Virus record (IMG/VR): IMGVR_UViG_3300027785_000072
Location: 1 to 33,313 of that record
DNA: 33,313 nucleotides
Source: a virus
Lineage: Duplodnaviria; Caudoviricetes
Reading direction: 5' to 3' (one strand)
Shown here: positions 26,916 through 33,313 of the stretch, one piece after another
Layout of the letters: each line of letters starts with the position of its first letter
How positions within the stretch are numbered: position 1 is the first letter of the stretch
The notes under the pieces: model-generated
The model's database searches: none
What the model was told of the DNA's origin: nothing
The model's input: the letters and a program-made list of their open reading frames with translations, nothing else
Position numbers and translations under genes: made by a program

Positions 26916-27589
26916 CAGTCAATTATTCTATTGTGAAATGCATAAATAATTTTATTTTGTTTTGTAACGTTAGAATATTTATCTAAGGTTTCAGCTCTAC
27001 TAAAAAACTCTGGAGTGCAATATTGGTAATTTTGTTCTTTATGGTAATCATTTATTTTACAATTATTAATAGCGTCCATTATTTGGTCTTTTGTATAACC
27101 ATCTTTTAAACGAGCTTCATAACTTGAACGTACTTTTTTATTAATCAATTTGAAATCTCTACTAAATTCTCTATTCAACGTCTCAAGCAACGCTTGATAA
27201 TCTATTTTATTTATTACATTAACAGTTACAGTATCATTTACAGTTACATTAACAGTTGAATTTGTTGAGCTTTGTTGAACAAAATCAACATTTGTTAAAT
27301 TTGTTGAGCTTTGTTGACTTTCTTTTAATAATCTTCTAGCTTCTGCACTTGCTTTTCCTGCGGTGCTTCTAACACCTTTGGTTGCTAACCACTTTATTAA
27401 ATCACGTTTCATCTGTAATTTAATAGGCTCAAATGCAAGTAAAACTAAAGGGTCGTTATTGATTGGATTCTCATCATTAACGTATGCAAAAATATGTTTT
27501 AATAGTATTCCTGCCTTATCATCTGGCAGCATTTCAATAATTGAACGTTGGTCTGAATACAAAACGAATGATTTTTTATCTTCAGCCAT
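26915..27589 (-). CDS. Replication initiator/replisome organiser, DUF6291-type N-terminus (224 aa)
   Basis: KKSFVLYSD...AGILLKHIFAY, VNVTVND linker, C-terminal ARLKDGY...TPEFFSR; internal iterons. Confidence 0.85.
   Translation of the reverse strand: MAEDKKSFVLYSDQRSIIEMLPDDKAGILLKHIFAYVNDENPINNDPLVLLAFEPIKLQMKRDLIKWLATKGVRSTAGKASAEARRLLKESQQSSTNLTNVDFVQQSSTNSTVNVTVNDTVTVNVINKIDYQALLETLNREFSRDFKLINKKVRSSYEARLKDGYTKDQIMDAINNCKINDYHKEQNYQYCTPEFFSRAETLDKYSNVTKQNKIIYAFHNRIID
27255..27318. repeat. Iteron-like repeats (probable replication origin)
   Basis: AATTTGTTGAGCTTTGTTGA at 27259-27278 and 27298-27317, built from TTTGTTGA units. Confidence 0.75.
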
Positions 27590-27592
27590 GAT

Positions 27593-27817
27593 TTAAAGAT
27601 TTACTTTGTATTTAACTATAACAAGACCTGTTTTATCAATTCTTAACTCTTGAAATACAAATTCAAAAATACCATTCATGTATTCAATTTCTATTGATTC
27701 AGTATAAGAGTCTAAATTATAGACAATACTTTCTAATTCTGATAAAATTGAAAATGGTTTATCAATTCCTACGTGAAAAAACTCTTTCAAGTTTATTACA
27801 ATAATTCTTTTTTTCAT
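27593..27817 (-). CDS. Hypothetical protein (74 aa)
   Basis: Start moved to ATG 27817; the upstream part of the track ORF is a structured leader. Confidence 0.65.
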   Translation of the reverse strand: MKKRIIVINLKEFFHVGIDKPFSILSELESIVYNLDSYTESIEIEYMNGIFEFVFQELRIDKTGLVIVKYKVNL

Positions 27818-27839
27818 AAGTAATAATTTTATAAAATGC

Positions 27840-27916
27840 AAAAAGCCCCTATCTTCAAAGTGTGCAGACTTCTCAGATAAGAGCTTAAATAGTTTCTTTA
27901 TGTTCCTGCACGAACG
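27840..27916 (-). ncRNA. Kissing-loop structured leader RNA ending in a terminator-like hairpin
   Basis: GUUC-GUGCAG-GAAC and AAGCUCUUAUCU-GA-GAAGU-CUGCAC-ACUUU-GA-AGAUAGGGGCUU followed by U residues; the two loops are complementary. Confidence 0.7.
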
Positions 27917-27920
27917 TGTA

Positions 27921-27928
27921 CAAATATA
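27921..27928 (-). promoter_or_regulatory. -7 promoter box TATATTTG for the replication operon
   Basis: TAnnTTTG immediately upstream of the structured leader. Confidence 0.7.
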
Positions 27929-27942
27929 CAAATAATATCTAA

Positions 27943-28752
27943 TTAAATAGCAATTGGAAAAGATTTCTCAACGTCTTTATTGTATCTCAAGACTTTTATA
28001 TCTTGTCGTAATCTATAGAAGTTCCAAGCCTTAATTATTAGTGCATTTTTATGCTCTCTATCCATCTTGCTTGTGCCTGTTCTATCCTCTATCAATTTGT
28101 TTCTTAAAAGATAAATAACTTGATTAGTTACGTTTTGTCCTGTGCATAGTTCACTAAAAAATAACTCACAATCCGCAGAACTTTTTGAATTAAAATGAAT
28201 AATAAAGCTACCGATTAATGATGGACTCATAATTTTTGCAAATTGGTGATAAAATACAACAGATTTTGCCGCAATATGAATGTAATAATCTTCATTATCA
28301 TTAAATTCTTTTAATACTGATTGACTTGTTTGCTTTAAAAAACTATTACTGTTATGGCTACTTTTACCGCCATCATTTAAAATGTTTGATAATCTAATAA
28401 TGGAAGGAATAATTGATGCATATTTTGCACCAGCAATTGTGAAAATATCTGAATCACTTCTTTTTGCTCCAATATCTAAAACGTCAAAAATACTATCTTC
28501 TAATTCAAAAGCAACGTACATTGTTAACTCAATATCTGCTTTAATAATAGCCATTAACCGATGTTGACCATCTAATAAACGATTTGTTTTTGATATTTTT
28601 ATTAACTCCCCAGTGTTCTCTTTCCATTGACCTTTTAGCATATCAGCTACATATTGAGCTACAATTCTAGGCTTAACATTTCTGTTTTTGTCATTGTTTT
28701 TTAGCATTTGTTCCGCTACTTCCTTGTTGATTTTTACTAATTCTACTCTCAT
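27943..28752 (-). CDS. ParB-like DGQHR-motif protein (269 aa)
   Basis: NDKNRNV, LLDGQHRLMAI, LDIGAKRS. Confidence 0.75.
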   Translation of the reverse strand: MRVELVKINKEVAEQMLKNNDKNRNVKPRIVAQYVADMLKGQWKENTGELIKISKTNRLLDGQHRLMAIIKADIELTMYVAFELEDSIFDVLDIGAKRSDSDIFTIAGAKYASIIPSIIRLSNILNDGGKSSHNSNSFLKQTSQSVLKEFNDNEDYYIHIAAKSVVFYHQFAKIMSPSLIGSFIIHFNSKSSADCELFFSELCTGQNVTNQVIYLLRNKLIEDRTGTSKMDREHKNALIIKAWNFYRLRQDIKVLRYNKDVEKSFPIAI

Positions 28753-28757
28753 AATGT

Positions 28758-29018
28758 TTATTTATTTATTTGATTATTAATTAAAATTATTTGTGTTAAT
28801 ATCTTTCCTTTAAGACCAACACAATGATAAAATCCTTTTTCAGATGTTGATAAGTACGAAATAGTGTCGAAATTATAAATCGTAATACCTTTCATTTTGC
28901 TGATTCCGTCATTTTTAACGTAGCCATAAAATTCAAATTTTCTAACGTTGTCAGGAAAGTTGATTAATTTCGTTTCAATGGTCCGATATTGATTAATGTA
29001 TCGTCTTAATGTTCTCAT
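28758..29018 (-). CDS. Hypothetical protein (86 aa)
   Basis: Packed ORF. Confidence 0.6.
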   Translation of the reverse strand: MRTLRRYINQYRTIETKLINFPDNVRKFEFYGYVKNDGISKMKGITIYNFDTISYLSTSEKGFYHCVGLKGKILTQIILINNQINK

Positions 29019-29022
29019 ATTC

Positions 29023-29409
29023 TTAGTTGTTATCTTCGTAATTAACTGATTTTACCTTTACTCTGGGACTTCTAAAATGGTTAATTCTGCGGATAGTTGG
29101 CAAAGGTCGTTTAGTGTAAACAATAGTCACCTTCTCGCAGTTGTTGAGCTGTGCTTCAATGCTTTTAATGTTCCATAAAAATATTTCGTCTTTTTCTTTA
29201 ACGAAATAATAGTAAACTTTCAATGCGTGTAATACCGTTGCGTGGTCTTTATTGAATAACTCACCTATTGCAGTCAAAGATAGCTCAGTGTTTTGTCTAA
29301 TGAAGTTAAATGCTGCGGCACGTGCGTATACCGTTTCCCTTTTACGAGATGGTTTTATTAACCCGTTACGCTCGCAAATGTAAACCACTTTTTTTAAATC
29401 AATTTCCAT
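29023..29409 (-). CDS. DnaA domain-IV-like HTH protein (128 aa)
   Basis: SRKRETVYAR...LSLTAIGELFNKDHATVLHA. Confidence 0.82.
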   Translation of the reverse strand: MEIDLKKVVYICERNGLIKPSRKRETVYARAAAFNFIRQNTELSLTAIGELFNKDHATVLHALKVYYYFVKEKDEIFLWNIKSIEAQLNNCEKVTIVYTKRPLPTIRRINHFRSPRVKVKSVNYEDNN

Positions 29410-29650
29410 TTGTTAAATCTTTAAATTGTTCTTCCATCCACGCTAAAAACGCTCGTTGGATATTGTTCTGTTGAATTATGGTTTCGTTGTCGGCAACGTC
29501 CATAAAATGCTTATCCTGGTTCCGGATCGTTCTAACAACATCGTTTTGTAATTGTTTTGCCTTGAATCTAAACGGAAAATCCTCAAGTTTATCGGCAACA
29601 CTTGGAAGGATTGACATTATAACGGTTAGGTTAAAATCTTCTCTTGTCAT
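29399..29650 (-). CDS. Hypothetical protein (83 aa from ATG 29650)
   Basis: Track ORF uses TTG 29692; ATG 29650 preferred. Confidence 0.65.
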   Translation of the reverse strand: MTREDFNLTVIMSILPSVADKLEDFPFRFKAKQLQNDVVRTIRNQDKHFMDVADNETIIQQNNIQRAFLAWMEEQFKDLTNGN

Positions 29651-29735
29651 TCTCGGATTTTTGACCTCTCCAGTGGCGAACCATCTGCGCAAGGTTTGGA
29701 GTTAGTTTTATAAATGTGTTTATTTTTGCTTTCAT
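29631..29735 (-). CDS. Short peptide (34 aa), possibly truncated
   Basis: Not in the track. MKAKINTFIKLTPNLAQMVRHWRGQKSENDKRRF; ATG lies 1 nt after the previous stop. Confidence 0.45.
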   Translation of the reverse strand: MKAKINTFIKLTPNLAQMVRHWRGQKSENDKRRF

Positions 29736-29736
29736 C

Positions 29737-30069
29737 TTATTTTGTTTTTAGTTCTTGTGAAGTCAATGCAAAATATAGGTTTTGAAGTTGGTGCAAAAAC
29801 TCCAATTGATACCAAAATCCTTGAAAGTCGAATTTAAATATCTCATTCTCGTCTAAAGTAATTGTAAATGGCGAGTTGAAAATGTCATTCTGTATAATTT
29901 TGAAATGTGTTTTATCTAATTTATCAAATCCTAACTTCAATAACCATTCTTCTGTTAATGGGATTGGATGGTATGCATCTGCAAATTTAATGTTACCATT
30001 CAATCCTATTGTAATTAATCCGATACTATCATTTACATAATTACCAATTCTTAATTCTTGTGCTTTCAT
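29737..30069 (-). CDS. Conserved hypothetical Bacteroidota-phage protein (110 aa)
   Basis: ELRIGNYV...PIPLTEEWLLKLGF...HQLQNLYFALT pattern. Confidence 0.8.
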   Translation of the reverse strand: MKAQELRIGNYVNDSIGLITIGLNGNIKFADAYHPIPLTEEWLLKLGFDKLDKTHFKIIQNDIFNSPFTITLDENEIFKFDFQGFWYQLEFLHQLQNLYFALTSQELKTK

Positions 30070-30311
30070 CGTTCTGCAATTTTTGTTATTACTCTAATTT
30101 TCTGTGAATCTTCTAGGTCGTAATCTTCAACAACTTCTAAAATCTCTGTTAAATTCTTTTCTAAACTTGCAACCTTTTTAGCACATTCACGTTCATTTGT
30201 CAAGTCGTTTACCAATACTTCTATTGAGCGTTCAAGTTGCTTAGATGGATTGTTTTCGTATGCTTCAATCATTATACACAACGTGACTAATGTATCTTTT
30301 AATTCTTTCAT
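30066..30311 (-). CDS. Early hypothetical protein (81 aa)
   Basis: ATGA-coupled. Confidence 0.65.
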   Translation of the reverse strand: MKELKDTLVTLCIMIEAYENNPSKQLERSIEVLVNDLTNERECAKKVASLEKNLTEILEVVEDYDLEDSQKIRVITKIAER

Positions 30312-30520
30312 AATTCTAAAATTTGCGCTAATGTTTTTTGATAACTGTATTTTAATCTTTTAATTCCTGCTTCAACTATTTCAGTGTCTTTTAAAGTGAA
30401 TCCGTTTGCCCCTGCGAGACGATTGTAAGCCTTCATAGTGTTTAAACGTTCAATCATACCCTCGTACATATTTAAATAGTCTGAGGCTCTTAAATGAAGT
30501 GTTTGTATTTTTTCTAACAT
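30308..30520 (-). CDS. Early hypothetical protein (70 aa)
   Basis: ATGA-coupled. Confidence 0.65.
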   Translation of the reverse strand: MLEKIQTLHLRASDYLNMYEGMIERLNTMKAYNRLAGANGFTLKDTEIVEAGIKRLKYSYQKTLAQILEL

Positions 30521-30521
30521 A

Positions 30522-30728
30522 TCAATTATTTAAGTATTGTGAAATTTTATCCTTTAATTCTCCTTCAAAATGTTCCATAATCAAGGTAACATCACCGCCT
30601 TTATGTTCTACTTTTAGGATTTCAATAACTTCTGGCGTTCCGAAATTGTTATCCTCGTCAATTGCTGCTAGGTAGTTAAACTCAATATTAAATTCAACTT
30701 CTTTAAATTCTATCGTTACATTCATCAT
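30522..30728 (-). CDS. Early acidic hypothetical protein (68 aa)
   Basis: First ORF after the promoter at 30752. Confidence 0.65.
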   Translation of the reverse strand: MMNVTIEFKEVEFNIEFNYLAAIDEDNNFGTPEVIEILKVEHKGGDVTLIMEHFEGELKDKISQYLNN

Positions 30729-30751
30729 ACATATTGTTTTGTTTTGTCTTA

Positions 30752-30783
30752 CAAATATATATAAACTTTTCTTTTATATAACA
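30752..30783 (-). promoter_or_regulatory. Probable early promoter (TATATTTG) with a palindromic operator
   Basis: TAnnTTTG at 30752-30759; TATATAAA-N7-TTTATATA at 30758-30780. Confidence 0.7.
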
Positions 30784-30807
30784 TACATTCACGAAATAAG
30801 TTAATAA

Positions 30808-30853
30808 TTACGTAGAACTACGTAGATAAACTAAGTAGAACTACGTAGATAAA
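30808..30853. repeat. Two 23-bp tandem copies built from CTACGTAG palindromes
   Basis: TTACGTAGAACTACGTAGATAAA / CTAAGTAGAACTACGTAGATAAA (21/23 identical). Confidence 0.9.
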
Positions 30854-30857
30854 TGTA

Positions 30858-31730
30858 TTAAATGGGAAATTTTCTGCTATCTATAACTTTGTTTGTAGGT
30901 CGAAATCCTTCGTGGCATAATCTATTAATGTCAATTGTTAAGATACGCCCTCCAATAGGCTTAATCGGTGCGCCACGTTCAACGTGCCAACCTTTAGAAC
31001 CATCTTCATATTCCTCTTTATACGCCCCAGTCAACATTAAATGTAAATCTTTGTGTTTGATTTGATAGTCATTTCTATTGTCAACAATTTCCCTTGAATC
31101 ATTACGTGCTGAGTTTTCGTGAATGTGACCCATTGCGAACACGTCAAAACCTTCATACAATTCAAGCGCACGTGTTAAATTGATTGCTCCTTTTGTTACA
31201 ACACCGCCACCACCTGAGCCGTGAAAGTATTTTATTTTTGTGCTTAAAGTCATTGTTTTTGTGATTTGCTGTTTGATAATAAACCAACCGCCATAACCGC
31301 CTGTTTGAACATTCGTTCCATTTGTATAGTTAAGCAAGTCAACAAATCTTTGTAGTATATCGGTTTCTTGCCATTTAATTATTGCTGTTTCGTGATTTCC
31401 ATAACCTATAACAGTTAATAAATGCGCATACGGTGACCACCAAGTAACAGCAGTTTCAACAACACTATCAAGATATTTAGAATTATTATGTTCGGGTCTT
31501 ATATCACTTTTCGAGCTTCTTTTATCCCCTCTTCCCTGCATTAAACAGAACATATCACCGTTAATCATTATAGGCATATTCTCAGCAACACAATAATCTA
31601 AATGTCGCTTAAGATAGTTCCAATCACATTTAGGGTTGTCCCAATGTATATCGGAAAGCATTGCAATTTTAACGTTTTCGCCAATCATATCTAATGAATG
31701 AACGTTTTTATAATGTTTAGTTAATTTCAT
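30858..31730 (-). CDS. Calcineurin-like metallophosphoesterase (~290 aa)
   Basis: SDIH, NGD, GNHE, FHG, MGHIH motifs. Confidence 0.9.
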   Translation of the reverse strand: MKLTKHYKNVHSLDMIGENVKIAMLSDIHWDNPKCDWNYLKRHLDYCVAENMPIMINGDMFCLMQGRGDKRSSKSDIRPEHNNSKYLDSVVETAVTWWSPYAHLLTVIGYGNHETAIIKWQETDILQRFVDLLNYTNGTNVQTGGYGGWFIIKQQITKTMTLSTKIKYFHGSGGGGVVTKGAINLTRALELYEGFDVFAMGHIHENSARNDSREIVDNRNDYQIKHKDLHLMLTGAYKEEYEDGSKGWHVERGAPIKPIGGRILTIDINRLCHEGFRPTNKVIDSRKFPI

Positions 31731-31745
31731 CAAGTGGTTTAAAGT

Positions 31746-31773
31746 AAAAAAAGCACCCGTTACAGATGCTTTT
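31746..31773 (-). terminator. Intrinsic terminator after the endolysin gene
   Basis: AGCATCTG-TAA-CGGGTGCT followed by a T run. Confidence 0.8.
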
Positions 31774-31776
31774 ATA

Positions 31777-32241
31777 TTAAAATAGTAGATTAGAATTCTC
31801 TTCGTAAGGTAAATATGAAGTTTTGCCGTTCTTTTTTACAGCTATTAACGCTTGCTTTCTATTCCTGCCTTTACGGTAAGATATGTGGAACCAACTTGCT
31901 TTGCCATTTATCGGAAATTCTGCAATCATTTGGTCAAACACAACATTTTCAATTATCCAATCAAATAATTCTTTATCGTGCAAATCAACATCCATCGCCT
32001 CACCTTTGCAATGCTGGCTTGAAACAGCCCCACCAATGCGAGAATTCACACGCAGTGAGCGAAAGCCTGACGAGATGTTAATTGGTCGTTTAATGTGTTC
32101 CCGTATAGGCTCGAAGACGTTTTCACACAATAGTATTGCTGCTGTTTTTTCAGCAAAGCCCATTTTATTAGATATACCGTGTTTCACAGCAGTAGATGAA
32201 CGCTCGAATTCTGCAATAGTTACGTGTTTAGATAATATCAT
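31777..32241 (-). CDS. Endolysin, peptidase M15 family (154 aa)
   Basis: ISSGFRS, SQHCKGEAMD, WFHISY zinc-ligand motifs. Confidence 0.92.
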   Translation of the reverse strand: MILSKHVTIAEFERSSTAVKHGISNKMGFAEKTAAILLCENVFEPIREHIKRPINISSGFRSLRVNSRIGGAVSSQHCKGEAMDVDLHDKELFDWIIENVVFDQMIAEFPINGKASWFHISYRKGRNRKQALIAVKKNGKTSYLPYEENSNLLF

Positions 32242-32441
32242 TTGATTGTTTTTTGTGCGTGAAATAATGCTTTGCCTCCAAATACAGCTGCACCAACACT
32301 AAGCAATGCGATTCCAAGCGGAGCTGTTACAACTCCCAAAGTTAGAATAGTTGCACAGGCAACACCGATAGCGGTTGCAATTTTACCTTTTTTTCTATCA
32401 GATAAAGGCGTTCTGTTTTTTATTCGTTCGATTAAATTCAT
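32238..32441 (-). CDS. Putative holin (67 aa)
   Basis: Two hydrophobic segments and a basic N-terminus; coupled to the endolysin gene. Confidence 0.7.
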   Translation of the reverse strand: MNLIERIKNRTPLSDRKKGKIATAIGVACATILTLGVVTAPLGIALLSVGAAVFGGKALFHAQKTIK

Positions 32442-32671
32442 ACTTTTTTTATTTTTATGGTTAATTTTTCGGGAATAATAGCAAATAAATGTGAAGGAGA
32501 TTCTGTTTTACGCTCGCTTTTCTGTTGGTTACGGATTTCGTACATCCTATCACTCCAACAATCTTCGAGTTTCGTTTCTAAATTGCCGACTCTCATCGTA
32601 GTAATCGAGAGCCAAGCGCACAACACTCCCGTCACTCCGTATTTTTTGGTTAATTCTGCTATTTCATTCAT
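32438..32671 (-). CDS. Lysis-module membrane protein (77 aa)
   Basis: N-terminal hydrophobic segment plus a short coiled coil; ATGA-coupled to the holin gene. Confidence 0.6.
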   Translation of the reverse strand: MNEIAELTKKYGVTGVLCAWLSITTMRVGNLETKLEDCWSDRMYEIRNQQKSERKTESPSHLFAIIPEKLTIKIKKV

Positions 32672-32697
32672 TATATCTTATGGTTTCAGCTTCAAAG

Positions 32698-33177
32698 TTA
32701 GTAAAAAGTACGTTGACTCTTGAATTTATCCGCTACTTTACATTTTAAAACCGCCTTTCTACTGAAATCTTTATACTCAATTTCGGGACTTTCAGATACG
32801 ATAACGGGCAAATCTAAATATCTATAAGAGTGATTATGAGCGTTGTAATCTGATATAAATAACTCATTTTCCGAGATAAAAAACAACTCTAATAATGGGC
32901 GTAAAATACATTCATTTTCAGGATCGGTTATAATTTCGTAGTCGTTTAGATTTTCTCTGATTACACGCTTCATTTCTCGGTTGTCGTAGATAATGTTGTC
33001 TATTGCCATATTAGGTTGTCTATTGCCTAAGTAACCGTAAAATCTGTGAGTACTTTCCACGTTTGAATTTGTGAAATCTATACCGTCAATGGTTTGTTTA
33101 CCGTTGAATATAGCACGCACTCGAGCCGTTTTAAGAGCGTTATGTATGCTGTATGGTAATAACTTATAATCACCCCA
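32698..33177 (-). CDS. 3' part of the junction-spanning ~393-aa putative virion protein
   Basis: Frame is open from 33177 (WGDYKLLPYS...) through the track ORF to TAA at 32698. Confidence 0.85.
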   Translation of the reverse strand, partial: WGDYKLLPYSIHNALKTARVRAIFNGKQTIDGIDFTNSNVESTHRFYGYLGNRQPNMAIDNIIYDNREMKRVIRENLNDYEIITDPENECILRPLLELFFISENELFISDYNAHNHSYRYLDLPVIVSESPEIEYKDFSRKAVLKCKVADKFKSQRTFY

Positions 33178-33313
33178 TAATAACGTCCCTGATAAGCCCG
33201 AAATACTATATTCAATAGCAAGTGTATAGTTACCTTGACCGAATGTATTTAATATTTCATTCCAATCGCACGTTGCATAGAAGGCATTGATTTCATTTGG
33301 GAAAGTATTAATC
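33178..33313. repeat. Terminal overlap (right copy)
   Basis: Copy of 1-136 with one mismatch. Confidence 0.97.

Noticed and set aside
30808-30853. CRISPR mini-array
   Set aside because: The repeats are directly adjacent with no spacer, and there are no cas genes.
937-32723. All plus-strand ORFs in the track (e.g. 937-1353, 7549-8100, 31883-32245)
   Set aside because: They are antisense shadows of minus-strand genes, with no recognisable motifs.

Overview
The window is an apparently complete ~33.2 kb tailed-phage genome that assembles as a circle. Positions 1-136 repeat at 33178-33313 with one synonymous mismatch, giving a unit length of 33,177 bp. It is AT-rich, and TAnnTTTG promoter boxes, a DUF3127-type SSB and a DUF6291-type initiator point to a Bacteroidota (probably Flavobacteria-like) host. 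Every credible protein gene is on the minus strand. In transcription order they run: early small genes, replication (initiator with iterons, SF4 helicase), C5-MTase, NinG, ERF, exonuclease, SSB, an accessory region, ParB-N plus a Mom-family adenine modifier, TerS/TerL, portal, protease, HK97 capsid, neck and tail, tape measure, tail-tip and fibre proteins, lysis, and a metallophosphoesterase. I found no integrase, polymerase or CRISPR array. The top finding is the only plus-strand transcription unit I could find: a promoter, a tRNA-Gly-like RNA (18955-19025) and an intrinsic terminator, antisense to the 3' end of the Mom-family gene. The RNA keeps the GlyRS identity elements but has an aberrant anticodon loop and a bulged T-stem, so it may be a dedicated non-translational glycyl donor for DNA hypermodification. 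Other notable signals are integron attC-like hairpins with a gene nested inside one of them, a kissing-loop leader RNA ahead of the replication genes, gene-junction repeats in the accessory region, and a palindromic operator shared by two promoters. All protein calls come from motif recognition and synteny, not database searches.
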